Assembly (NCBI RefSeq): GCF_036321535.1
Contig: NC_087447.1
Coordinates: 36,458,001-36,522,000, forward strand
Reading direction: 5' to 3'
DNA from: Camelus dromedarius
Taxonomy: Eukaryota
Length of the DNA: 64,000 nt
Shown here: positions 1-12,725 of the stretch, one piece after another
Numbering within the stretch: position 1 is the stretch's first letter
Layout: every line of letters begins with the position of its first letter
Notes under the pieces: model-generated
What the model saw: only the letters and a program-made list of their open reading frames with translations
What the model was told of the DNA's origin: nothing
Database searches by the model: none
Position numbers and translations under genes: made by a program

Positions 1-156
1 ATATTCTAATCTATATTAACTGGGCATGATATGAAAAAGAAGTCAGGTGGCTTAGAGAATGAAATTTTAAGTCTCCGTGAAGTTTGAGGTAGGTATTTCA
101 TTGAAGTTTGCGCAAGTATGTGATGGAGGAAGCTTGTGTGCCTGCGTGTGTAGTCT

Positions 157-206
157 TCTCTCTCTCTCCCTCCCCCCCCCCCCCCCCCGTCTCTCTCCCT
201 CTCTCA
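157..206. repeat. Polypyrimidine tract, (CT)n flanking a C17 run
   Basis: Seen directly: tctctctctctccct + C17 (172-188) + gtctctctccctctctc. Confidence 0.9.
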
Positions 207-280
207 ACCCCACTGTGTAAGCATAAGCGTGTGTGCTCTGTGAGGGTTCAGATGGGACCGCCGGGTGGAAAGGCCCTTTG

Positions 281-299
281 TGCCCACAAGAGGGCAGCA
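281..299 (+). promoter_or_regulatory. CTCF-binding motif
   Basis: TGCCCACAAGAGGGCAGCA closely matches the CTCF core consensus (CCACNAGRGGGCRS) and lies just upstream of the CpG island. Confidence 0.6.
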
Positions 300-409
300 T
301 CCTGAGGGCTTTGTGAGCGCTGTATCTCTCGTTATCGCTGCAGGCTTGGGTTTAGAGAAAGTTATACCGAAACTTTCAAACTGATATCACATCTTATTTC
401 GTGATATTT

Positions 410-485
410 AAGAAAGAAAGACAGAAAGAAAGAAAGAAGGAAAAAGAGAAAAATGAAGAAAGAAGAGAGAGAAAAAAGAGAAAAG
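410..485. repeat. GA-rich low-complexity / (GAAA)n tract
   Basis: Nearly pure purine run agaaagaaagacagaaagaaagaaagaagg... Confidence 0.9.
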
Positions 486-771
486 CAGACAGCCAGCCTA
501 CCCCGGGAGAGTCCTAGTCACACCAAGACTAGGGGGAGGGCTGTTTTAATTGTGGGTTTGGCCGACTGACGACTGGAGTGCCCTCCTCGGCTGTCTTAGT
601 TGTAGCCGGAGGTCATGTAAATCGACCTTAAAAGAATGCATAAGCCATAAATTAAAATAAACCCTCACCCAAGGGCTGATCCATAAGTAGACAATATCCA
701 ACCTGGACAAAACGAGCTTCCCTTACGAGCCGACCTAAACCGCATCCCCCCAAAGAATAGAGACTAAATGC

Positions 772-780
772 AAAGTAAGT
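772..780 (+). other. Candidate splice donor (AAA|gtaagt) ending a putative 5' exon
   Basis: Perfect gtaagt intronic consensus at 775-780, at the edge of the CpG island; no transcript evidence available. Confidence 0.4.
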
Positions 781-1456
781 TTCCCAGCGAATATTTTGTT
801 TTCTTGAAAAGTGTTGGGTTGATTCGCCGTGTGACTGACTGCGACGCCGCAGTTTTCCTGAGCGCTTCAGTCTTAGCCAGGCTCGGGGTGCGGGAGGTCG
901 GGAGGACCTGCTGGGTTTCTGGGCTTCTTAACGCTACCCCCACCCCACCCCCATTTTGGTTTGGAAACTTTGGCTATTTGTGCGGTTGACGCTGGCCGAG
1001 GGCGGGCGAGAGTCGAGGATCTCCGCCGCGCTCTCCGCCCGGTTGAAGTTTACCCGGAGGAGTTAATAAGAAAACCCGGGTCGCTAGAAAACCCGTACGC
1101 TCCCTCCTCCCACTCCCACCCCACCCCACCCCACCGCCTCTCCGCTGCAACTTTCCCGGGACCCTGCGGGAGTTGCTTCCAGTTCCCTCCGCTATCTCGC
1201 TTCCTCCCCCTCCCCCCATTTTTGGACTTGACTTTTTGATCTTTTTAGGAATAAGCAAACCGAACTCCAAGACAATCCGAAACCTAAGTGCTAATCCGTG
1301 GCCCTCTTTTCCCCGGACGCTCGGGCAGTGGTGCCGGGCCGGCGGGGGCGTGTGTGAGGGGTCCGCTCAGTCCTGCCCCGCGTGGGCTCGGCGTCGGAGT
1401 CGCGCGGCAGGCGCATGGTCGCCCGCACGTTCCTTCCCCACCCCGCGCTCTCCCAC

Positions 1457-1498
1457 CCGGAGTCCCAGAGCCCCGCCGGAGTCCCAGAGCCCCGCCGG
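1457..1498. repeat. 19-bp perfect tandem repeat, ~2.2 copies (CCGGAGTCCCAGAGCCCCG)
   Basis: Identical units at 1457-1475 and 1476-1494, then partial ccgg. Confidence 0.95.
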
Positions 1499-2663
1499 CA
1501 CCCTCCGTCCTTCTCGGCGCCCTGCCCGGCCCCGGCCTCCCGCTGCCCTCTCCGCAGACCGGCCGAGATCTGCCGCTCTGGGGCTCGGCCCAGGCCCGGG
1601 GGCGGTGCTGCCACCCGTCCGGGGCCCAGCCCGAGTCTGGCCGCTCCCAGGGGGAGCTGCTTTCTTCTCCCTTAAAGGGCCGGTCAGAAAAGGGAAGGGG
1701 CTTATGCAAAGGTTGCTGGGGTTGCTCGGGCACCGAGAGGAGCGGCCCGGGGCTGCGGAGGACAGATTAGCTCCGTTTCCCGGGCGCTCCGCGGAGCTTT
1801 AAGATAAAAAGAGAATTGGTGTTTGGAATAGATAAAAGGTGGTTGTTGCTGGCGTGTTTTGAGGGTTTTTTTTTTTTTAAATAAAAGCTGTCTTAGGCTG
1901 ACCAAGTTTGAAAACGTTTGTTTGTATGAATTGCCAGATATTGAATGCTGCTCCTATTTGGGGACTAAAAATAAGTCTTCGACTGTGCTGGCGGGGCTGG
2001 GCTCTTAGCAAGATGGGTTGTCCCCGGCTGCTTCTCTGTGTATGACCTCCTCCGAGGGCCGTGCTTGGAGTTTCGGTCTCGAGATGGCCCAAAGCCGTCG
2101 CTGCGGCAGACTGGGCTGGGCTCGGGACCTCCCGCTGCACTGTCAATGGGACGCTCAGATGACGTCCATGTCCGGGGCGCTTGACCGCGGCGCGCACTCT
2201 TGCTGCCGGGTTTTTGATCCTGGCCGGGCAGCCCAACCAACAACCCAATGGAGTCGGGATGTGAGAGAGCCCCCTCTCCCCGCCTCCCTAGGGTCTCCTC
2301 CCTTATGCCCTTTATAGTCACATGCCCAGGTTTCTCCTCGGGTCCCGAGGAGAACAGACACAGCCCCGCCCAGTCTATTTCTAGGAGGTGGGTTTAGTGA
2401 ATAAAAAGGTCAAGTGGTCGGGTCTGCGAGCTGGTCCACGGCGAGGGGGGACAGGACGGACACCTGGCAAAGACCGCCCCGCCTGTCCCCCCCCCCCCCT
2501 CCCCGCCGGTCTGCCCGCTCACTACTGGCCTCCCCAGGCCACATTCTTGCGCTAAGTGCGAGAGGCTGTGGGAAAAGCAATCCCGAACCGGCCAAGAGCC
2601 GGCGAAGCTGATCCCGCGATGGCATTTTGTTTTGAACAGTTGCTGGGGTTGACGTTTCCTCAT

Positions 2664-2672
2664 AAGGTAAGG
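2664..2672 (+). other. Candidate splice donor (AAG|gtaagg)
   Basis: Near-consensus 5' splice site toward the 3' end of the CpG island. Confidence 0.3.
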
Positions 2673-5600
2673 TGTCACTGGACAGTCGGCTGCCCAAATG
2701 CCACATGTATAATTAGCCTGCGCACTCAGCACCTCGTCCCCAAGGCCCATAGGCACGGGTTTGGCGGACCTGGTCCACTCAGCTCGGTTCTGGGCTGCAG
2801 GATTCCGGAGGGAGGGCCGAACCAGCCAGGACAGCCCCGGGAGGCCCTGGCACCAGGGAAGACTGACAATGTAGCCTTGTCTTTGATTTTTCTCTCATTT
2901 TCCCTTTCTTTTCCTGCTTCTTCTCTCTTTATTTTTGGTTGAAGGCAGACTACTGCTTAGATGGGCAAACCGGACACTAGCGGCAGGGCGCAGACTGAGT
3001 GAAGAAAGGGGATGCAGAGTAAATCTGGCAATATACCTACTCTCCACACCCCGCCCATGGGGGAGGGCTGCGAATGGCTTTCTATCTGCGAGAACCCAGT
3101 AGGACCAGCTCAGACTTGGCATTGTATCCCGGCTTTGGTAGGAGCTTCAGCTTCTTGTTGGACTGTTCACCTGTCTCTGTGCACACTCCCACACTCACCC
3201 CAGAAGTTTCAGCAAATTATTTTCTGTGCCCTGATTGCAGGCCCCTCCAGGCCTAGCCACTTGGGGCTGCTAGTGTTCACTGTGGGGCGAACCTGGAAAG
3301 ATCTGCTGTCTTTCCCTGTCTCTGTTCACTATGGGATTCTTAGGAGCAGTGCCTTGTCTTCTCTATCTGTATCCAGATTGTTTGTTGAGCTTCCTACCTA
3401 GCTTCCCAGACCCTAGCCTCAGGTTAGCTTTAGTTTGCACTCTGGTGGAGACCAGATTTCTGCAGTCATGAACATGACCTTCCCTCTGTCACCCGGTGCA
3501 GTCACCGTGGAATTCAACACTCAGCATTAGGCACTTTCATCTGCCTCCCTCCTCCCCTTGTTTCTAGGCCACTCAGATATTCCTGATACCTACTAGAAGA
3601 TTCTCTGTATTTGAAAACAAACAAATAGGCAAACATCCTAAACTCTCCACAAATTTAGTGGGGTAGGACTAGCTTTTCTATGGCAGCAAGAGTGCACTTT
3701 TCTGGTGGGAAGTGGGGACACCGTTTATTTAGTTGCATTTGCTTTTAATTGAATCTATGAAATATTTCATTTTCTTTTAGGAGGGGAAAAGTTGTGATTG
3801 ATTTTGTTTTTACTCTACAAGACCATAAATGTATTGTCCATGTATATTTGAGTGTATATTCCTGAATACACATATGTGAGTACGTGGGCTTTAGGCCAAA
3901 TAACATGTAAATTATTTTCTCCTACAGTTTTGAAAACCTCATAAATCAAGAGAGATTGTTCCCTTCTAAAACAAGAACAACAACCACCACCAACCAAAAA
4001 AAAAAAAAAAAAAAAAAACCTTCAGACTGAAAGCAAGCAAATATGTACCACACTTAGATATACTTTATGAACAAAGGCAGTAAGTTACCAGGATCTAGAC
4101 AAGTGCTAGGTCATTAATTCTTTAGGCAAACTGATACCCTCTGTTGCTTTTCTCTTGTACCACCAACACCTCCTTTTTCCTTTGCTCTCCCACCATAGTC
4201 CTTTATTTACAGTGGCAAAGCTAGATAGTTTTTTGTTTATTGTTTATCCTTTTATTGTTGTTCTTAGTTTTTATTTTGGAAATAATGAAAAAGAATTTTG
4301 TGTATGTGTATTTTTTTAAATGCAAGAAATTATAATGGAGCATGATACAAACTCCTATAGTACATTGTATAACCACAACACTCAATATTATACTATAAAG
4401 AAAGATGAATGTAACAAACACTAATAATAAAGCAATATTAATATCTATACCTTAAGTTGATTCTATAGTAGATTCAGTAACTGAATACCTAGAAGAAATG
4501 ACATTCAGTAGGTATATTGTCTGCTGTACATTTTTTCATTAGTAGTAGGAAGCAACAGATATTTTTCTTAGTAAGTGAAAACATACTTAAAATAAGTTAA
4601 CATAGCTAGTAAATCTTTCTCTTATAAGGCTTTAAATATATCATTTTACATACATTAATGATAAATTTTGGTGGCATTATTGAGATTTTATGTCTATTTG
4701 ACTCCTTTTAGGAATTGTTATGTTATTGGTCATTGATGAAATTTTTACACATATCCATCATATATTGAAGAAATTAGTGATGTTTTAAATAATCCTCTTT
4801 CAATTAGTACACTAGGAATAAATGAATTTTCTTTTAACAAAGTTTAATATACATTGGCTTTAACCCTTTTAATATTTTCTATACTTTTCAGTATTATATT
4901 GTATATCTCTGAAAGAATTCTCTTGTTAGTGAGAGAATTCATATATACCTTTTAACTATTTACAAGCAGCATTCTACAAAAGGGGAGTACAGTACAACTA
5001 CAATTTTGGTTGATCTAAGCTATTTGTTTAAATTTGGTTAAGGGGTGCATATATATCAATTGATGTTTTTGAAGTCAAGTGAAACATTCCATCAAGCTAA
5101 TGTGTCTGAGAGTACCATATCAGGCACAGACAGGTACTAGAAATGATAAAACACAGATAACATGCAGCAAGATGATTTGCAGATGGGACGTATTATCTGC
5201 TGTCATGAGGTTAGATGGGTCAAATTACTGTTTTTTAAAAAAATTAATCTAGGTTATTTCAGAATTATCAAGTTATGTAGGTATATGAGATTGAATAAGA
5301 ACAGATTATGAAAACTTGCTAAAAAATGAACAAATATTCATTGTTTTTAAGAGCAGAAAATGGACTATCTTTGCATTTGGATTGCTTCTTGTTTAAGAAA
5401 TACGGCTCTCCCCTATTATTTTTCCTAACAAGAATAATAATATATTGAACAGTTTATGTCTTTATCCTAACTCCATATTTTCCACTGATTGTACTCTGAA
5501 TATCAACATACTTAAGTAAAACAAAAACAAAAACAAACTGGCACTCAGGTATAGTCAATGAAAAGCAATTTTTTATTAGATGTAAGCCCATTTTAAATGT

Positions 5601-8235
5601 ATAACATATCTTTTTCACTTGAAGTTCTTCAACTGTGATCTGAAAACTAATTGTTCTGGTAATAGTTATATCAGAAACTTTCATCATTCTGTTGTTATGT
5701 ATTCATTATTCATTTATAGGAAGAATTTTTATTTTCCTTATTCTGTGGAAGAGGGTAAAAGCTTTTCAACTAATTGTTTTGTTTAGACATTTAGTCAAAC
5801 TGGAAATAATTTTAACTCTGTGTTAGGATTTTTGGTAGAGCTTTTCAAATTTAAATAACCATTGTCATGATGTAGATGAAAATATCAATTGAGAGTGTAA
5901 GTGGAAGTTGTAAGATGGAATATCATTTAAACCTACTATGGACTCTCTCACCTCCAAAAACGGGTGCTGGTCTGTTTTTCCTCAAATCTGTGGTAGTCTT
6001 AAGAAAGGGACCGCAAAACTCTAAAACCTCAGAGAAACAGTATTGATTCATGCTTAACTGCAAATCCTTCATATCGTTGTTCAAAATATCCAACTTTACA
6101 CTAATATTAGCCATTCTTTTTATAGTGACACCATGCTTAGTAAAAAACTTCTAAGCACTGAGGTCAGGTGTTGAGATTGGATTCTAGTTTATTTTTTATG
6201 AATCAGATAAAGATTTCTGTGCATGAGACCATATGTGAAGATGAGAGAACAAGAACATTTCCATATCAAAGGCAATATATCTGAGGCTGCATGGTAATTA
6301 AAATGCAGTGGTTTGGACTCTGTGCACTAGCACTTAAGCAGAGCATTGCCGGGACCTTGTGCATCATGCAGGCGGTTGCTTCTTGCATACTTCTTGAAAT
6401 ACACTTATAATTTTGTACAAACATTTATGCTAGTCCACACTTTTCTGTGGATAATTTGTATTTCATCCAAACCATTCAAAGTAGAAGTTATTTTTTGAGC
6501 TACCCCCTCATTATGGCTTTTGTGCATCAACTATTTTTATTCTACTTGTTTGTATTTCCTTTTACCAGAATGATGGCTTGTTTATATTCAGAATCTCTTC
6601 TTGCTCCTTTAAGACCCTTTATATATCACCCATATTTTACTATTCGCTCAAAAAAACTTTCATCTTTAGTAAAGTAAATTATTTTCTGAGGTTAATTGTA
6701 GATGCTGTAATCTATTGTAAACTAATAAACTACATTAAAAAAATCAACTACCCAGTTATTTTTATTTTATAATGGTAATATATTTAGTAATTCTCACTAA
6801 TTTGCACAGTGCATAATACTGGAATAAATTACTTTTCACAATGTTTAAAGAATTCTGAAATGTTCTTCTTTACCTTTTAATGGCATGAAAATGTACAGTG
6901 CCATTCTCTTTCAGACTACTTCAGGTGAAAAACAATTATTTAAAACTATAGAATACTTTATATTTATCTAAAGAGTTATCTCTTTGCATTTATAGGGAGA
7001 TGTTTGATTTTATTTATAAAGAACTGGGTTAGCATCATAACCTGTGACTATCTGGGGACAGAATAGTGAAATAAAAAAATCTAACAACTGGTAGTCCAAT
7101 ATTTTATATATTTTAGAAAATTTCGCATCTTTGGTAACTAACTTGAATTCGCTGCTCTGTAATTTTCTAGATTTTCTATTTCCATATTTGCTCTCTGTCT
7201 ATGCATGTGGCGAGGAATTCACTAGTATATTTTATTTACTAAGCTCGCCTAGTCTGTAAAGCCTTTTAGATTTATCTTTTAAGATTTCTCTTGATTGAAG
7301 CACCATGTATTGAAGAAGCCTAATACGATATTATGAAATCCTTTAAGAGTTTTTGTGTTTTAAACTATTTTGAATCAAAATTACTTAAGTATATTGTTTT
7401 GATGCTTTTCAGTGGTGATATGTATAAATAAGCATAATAAATATTAGGTAAATTCAAAGTACTTTATATGATGTGCATATTAGTGTCTATGCAAACATTT
7501 TATATTCTTTCAAGTTCTTGCTTGATCTCTTTCTCCTCTGAAGATCTCACAAGATAAATCTTTAAATGATCTATTATCCCTGCTATCTTCAATAATTTGT
7601 TGTTTCTAGTCATCTTAAAGAGGCGAATTGAATTGTCTATCTTTAATATATCCATTCAAATGCAAAAAGGGACTTTAGTGCTATTTGTGATTTTTGACTT
7701 CACTGAGAACAATCTCTTTGCTTCTTTGAAAAGTAGTTCTTTAAAATTAGACAAAGAAAATTAAAGATGCTTTACTTTCCACGACTACACAAGCACAATA
7801 TGTGGAAAAATGAAAATGCAACAGATTAAAAAAAAATGACAAGCATAGATTTCAAATGGAACTCATTTCCTTTTATACTTTACAAACAGATCATTGTGTA
7901 GTGTGATTGAGCACTTACTAAGTTCTAGGCATCCTGAAGGCCATTTTTGAAGTCACAAGTTTTTACTTTTTAAGGCATCTCTCTTCTATTGAAGATTTTT
8001 AATATTTGGTAGGTGGGAAATTTAGGCACAGTTGTCATGGTGCTAAGCAGATCTTTGGTAGAAGTGGAGAAGAATGCTCCTAACTAGGGGAGAATAGTTC
8101 ATTGTTCTTTCTTGGGAAAGAATCTCAAAGAGCAGGAATGTTGTCATTTTCTCAGAAATATCTTCAGGTATCTCCATGGGCAATAACCTTCTATGTAGGA
8201 GAGCTCAGACACCCCATCTACCCCCAGTGTATTCA

Positions 8236-8393
8236 TCTCTAACTCTCCATTTCTTCATCTCAAAAATGGGAGTAATAATAATATCTACATCATAAAGTTA
8301 TTGTGAAGATTAAATGAGATAAATAAATGTAAAACACAAAGCACTAAGCTCAGGGCTTGGTATAAAACAGATATTTAATACATGTTATTTATT
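8236..8393 (+). mobile_element. MIR SINE fragment
   Basis: Core-like tttcttcatctcaaaaatgggagtaataata...gttattgtgaagattaaatgagataa. Confidence 0.8.
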
Positions 8394-8984
8394 ACATTGG
8401 TGTGGTGCTGTACTTAGAATTGTACAGATAGGGCTTCCCATTTCAGCTTTACTACATATTTGTTGTGTAATCTTTGGCAAATTATATAATCGGTTTCTTT
8501 TTCTCTTACATGAAATCTTTCCAGGAATGTATGTTCCTTTCTTCCTTTCCTAGAAAGAAGAATTCGTTAGTAGTCTGGCAGACTTGGGACAGAGTAGTGA
8601 CTAAATGTAGAGTTTGGATGTCTGGCTCTCAAACTTGAGAATATTCCAATTCTAAGGGCTAGAAGAGATTTTAAAAGGTCATTTCATCTGTTATCCTCCT
8701 TCCAAGGGTGTATTTCTCTGCTGTAATCAGTTAAGAAGCTCTCTTTTTTTGGAAAACAAGCAAAGAAGAGATTTTATAATCGTTGGTTATGTTTCAGTAG
8801 TTAATATTGGGAAGTTCTTTATGTCAGGTATGTATATCTTAATCTGCTTTCTTTTGGTCTGATTTTCAGGAAAAATGGAAACATATTCTTCATTTGAATG
8901 ATAGACCTGCATGTGAAAAAAAACCAAAATTAAACTATCAATTTTTATTTCTTGAATCTTTCCTTTGAAGTCTTATTTCCTAAA

Positions 8985-9345
8985 CTAGTTATGTGACCTT
9001 AGAAAAGTTATACAACCTCTTTAAGTCTCAATTTCCTAATTTTAGGAACTTTTATTTATTATTTTTAATTTTTATGTTTTCATGTATTATTTATTTATTA
9101 TTTTTTGTTTTTCTTTGGGGGGAATGTAATTAGGTTTATTAATTTAATGGAAGTACCCGGAATTGAACCCAGGACCCGGGGCATGCTAAGCATGCACTCT
9201 ACCACTGAGCTATACCCTCCCCCTCAATTTCCTAATTTTAAATTGAGGATTGTGATAAAATTTATCAGTTAGGGTTGTTGGGAAGATTAAGTTTGAAGAT
9301 AATATATTTAGAAGTGCATAGAACAATTCTGGACAACTGTGTTAG
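8985..9345 (+). mobile_element. MIR SINE interrupted by a Vic-1-type SINE
   Basis: ctagttatgtgaccttagaaaagtta...ctcaatttcc [insert] ...agggttgttgggaagattaa resembles the MIR core once the insert is removed. Confidence 0.7.
9045..9222 (-). mobile_element. tRNA(Ala)-derived SINE, camelid Vic-1 type, with perfect 18-bp TSD
   Basis: Minus strand GGGGAGGGTATAGCTCAGTGGTAGAGTGCATGCTTAGCATGC...GGTTCAATTCC (A and B boxes) with A-rich tail; TSD ctcaatttcctaatttta at 9027-9044 and 9223-9240. Confidence 0.9.
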
Positions 9346-12300
9346 GATTAATTGACAATAGTTATGTGATCAGTAGAAGAACCTTGGCATGAAAAGCGCT
9401 CTTAATTTTCTTATGTTTTATAGAACTCAGTTTTCAAAGTGCTTTCATATTCATTGCCTCATTCAATAAAAGGTATACAGAGTAGATAACCTTACCAGTC
9501 GTACCGTCTAACTTCCTACTTAATATAAATAAATGTTTCAGCTGGGTTTTGCTTCAGGATATTATTCATTACAAACAAAGCTTGTGTGTCATAAATTAGG
9601 GCTGGCTTTTCTGGCCTTCTTTTTTCCTCCATTCTCTGCTCTATAATGTCAGTGCTCGTTTATTTTATCTTCATATTCATTTCCAGAGCCAAACCAATGC
9701 TGCATTTTCCATAAACCAAATGTAAATGAATAATACCACATTGATCAGCAGCATTAAATGTCAGTTTGTATATGTATTTGATAATTAAAAAATGAGGAAA
9801 TAATTTAATTATTATATAATAAGTATGGCTAGTTTGAGAGACAACTGTTTTTCAAAATATGAGGTTTATGAGGGAGGACTAATAAAGGGATCCTTGATGA
9901 TGAAAAGGTGAGAACCACTTGACTACATGGTTTCAAAGATGAAAATGCGTGATCCTAGTGAGGAGGTATAAATTTAGATAATTCTATGCAGTGTACTAGT
10001 TGCTATAATGGAAATACATGTAAGAGCAGAAGTAACTATGTCAAGGAAAGCTTCTAGTAGGACATGGCCTTTAAGCTGTGACTTGAAGGATAATTAAGAG
10101 TAGATTATTGGAAGTAACATCCTGAAGAGCATTGGACATGGGGGAAACATTTGATATTATTATTGACTATTCTGTAAGTCTGATACCAAAATGTCTCATA
10201 TTTGTGTCTTTCTGATCCTAGAAAGGCCATGTCTATCATGAATGTGAAGTGACCATAAGCCAGCAGCTTAACCTCTGCACTTCTCTTTCTTGGCTCAGTT
10301 TTGTGGTCAGGGACATTGCGAGTACATCTTAAGGTACAGAGAAGTTTTTTGCTTCCTTCAAATATGACTATTAAGCATGAAAATTAAAATAAGTGGCTTA
10401 TTAATATATGAACTGATGATCTGGACCATGAATTAAGAAAATCTTGTATCTTGCACTGTAAGAAACTTTTTTTTTTCAATTGGCAAGCATGGTCTTAGAA
10501 AAGGGGCAGTATCTGGAAATTTTTAGGTCTGAGTGTTATTTATTTATTTATTTTTGATCTGGGTGTTATTTTTGAGTTTTCCTTTTTTGTTATAGATCTT
10601 TAGGTGTCTCGCATTTATGATTAAATTTTTCCAACTGTAAAGTTGGTATATTCCATAACTGATTTTTTATTGAGGGATAATGTGAAAATAAATTAATCCT
10701 CAGAGTGATTCAAATTTTTTGGAATAAATACAAATTATTATTATACAATGATGATGATGAAGCAGTAGTACTAGCAGAATTAGCAGTCGCAGCAACAACC
10801 TCTCTTTACTCTTGATAACTTTCAAATAGGGATTCTAAATCCACCCTTTTTAGTTTTGTAATCTGGGATCTCATGTTTTCTAATAACTTTTTGAATACTT
10901 TTTCTCTGAGCCAAAAAGTCTTCTTTTCTGTTTTGAGTCTGGAAATTTTCTGGTGTTTAATAACTTGTTTCTCCAAATTAAATACACCTATGGAGATTTT
11001 GCAGCTTGTATGATTTTGTGACATAATCATTTTCTGAAAAGGGCTTTATGGTCACATAGGCTGGAGAAGTTACGGCCCTGATTTCCAATGGCCTTAACTT
11101 ATTGTTTTCCTTACCTCTGCTTTGCCATGCTGTAAACTCAAAGTGTTGATAATGCCATGAAAAATATGATGAAATCTCTCTATTAAAAAGAAAGGCTCTG
11201 AAGCTGAGTAAAGAAGGGGAACAAATATGTGAAAATTCTATAAAACAGCTTAAAAACATCCCTTTAGCCATATTAAATTAGTTATGATGCTTTTAAGAAC
11301 ATTTTCCTTCAGGACTTTCAGTTGAGTTCTTTAATAAGAAGCAAAAACCCAAGCCAAAAAAAAAAAAAAAAAAAACCAAAAACAAACCAAAGCTGAAGTA
11401 ATATAGCAACTGAACAAAGTTTAATTAACCTAGAACACAGCATATTAGTTAACTGAGTCTCAAGAAAATTTTTTATTCTTGAGTCTGAGGATCTAAATAC
11501 GCACTGGAGAAAAGCTGGACTATTTTAAAATTTCTTAGCCGTAGTCCTTTCCCACTACAAAGATGCATATTGAAAATAGGTATATTGAGGTTTAAAAAGA
11601 ATTTTAATCTTGGAACAATTAAATTTGCATGTTATATTTAATTTTATTTTTAAATACAATATTCTGAGGCATTATTAAAAGAAATTTTCAGCTTTTCTGA
11701 GGTTAGACCCTGTAAACTTTTACAGACAATAATTCCAGAGAATGCTTCCATTTGTACTTTTTGTACAGAGTGTATGATTTACAGGTATGCGAAAGTAGGG
11801 TTATGTACTCTGAATATTTATGTGTTTTAAATTGTATCTTATTTTGTAATAGGCTTATTTTCTCCAAGGAAATATATATAGCAGCCTAAACTGGGTGGGA
11901 CTAGTGAACTTGGTGACTATTAATTCTTATGTATGGCATGACGGGGAAAGAATGAGAAATAGCTCAGCTTTTAATTATGACACCTTGGGACCTTTTCCAA
12001 AGCACTCATCATAATTAGTTATGTCATAGTTGTGAAGTTTTGTGTTTAACTTCTTCGTTATGTCCACACGGAAAACTCATCAGGAGCTGTGCGAATACAG
12101 TATGTGGAAATGTATATGCCTTCATATTGTATGCTAATTTTTTCTTTTGAGTTTTCTTAATATCAGTTTCACATCTTTGGATTATTTTCTTCTTCTGTTT
12201 TGATCTATGCTAGTTATTAAAAACATAGGACATTTGTATAAATGTCCTTTAAATTTTGTGAGGCTATCATTACATAATTTTTAGTTTTGCTTGTTTAACA

Positions 12301-12725
12301 GATTATAGCTGAGATAATTTAAAACAGAAATACAATTTTATTAAATTTATTAGGAGGGGAATTAAATCATTTGGTCATCCTAAAATGTTTCAAATGAAGT
12401 CTCCATTTAATGTTAAATGAGAACATTGCTATTACATCTTAAAAGTAGATAACTTTGATTATTAATAAAATGTTTGAATGTCATCACATAGTAGCAGTAG
12501 TTGTTATCCTCCCTGCTTGATTGAGGTGAATGTAGCATTTTCAGTAGCTGAGGTGAAAGGAACATAACTTAGGATGTTTAAGGAGAGAAGGAAATAGAAA
12601 TCTTAGGTGGCTGGGATAGCCTAAAGGGCAACTGGAGTGTATTGTTGGTAAGGGTGAGGCTGGAGAATTCTCCTTGGCAAAATAATTTTAAGACTAATTT
12701 GAGAGAACTTCTGACTATAATAGAA

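Larger units (their letters stand above)
820..2860. promoter_or_regulatory. CpG island, putative promoter or 5' regulatory region
   Basis: High GC with abundant unmutated CpG, GC boxes (gggcgg, ccgccc) and no interspersed repeats, in sharp contrast to the AT-rich remainder. Confidence 0.9.

Noticed and set aside
961..2942. Many overlapping 90-209 aa ORFs in the CpG island
   Set aside because: They are Pro/Arg/Gly/Ala-rich, occur in most frames on both strands and show no domain; this is expected from stop-codon scarcity in GC-rich DNA.
5923..6114. 63-aa - strand ORF; likewise 10806-11271 and 15129-15545
   Set aside because: No recognisable homology, splice context or pseudogene hallmarks; the lengths are compatible with chance.
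9148..9222. Apparent tRNA-Ala gene (also 22360-22430)
   Set aside because: The A-rich tail, TSDs and imperfect stems identify SINE heads rather than functional tRNAs.
10748..10800. Degenerate trinucleotide run (gat/gca/gta) resembling poly-Q/S coding sequence
   Set aside because: No sustained ORF or exon boundaries; it is low-complexity decay.
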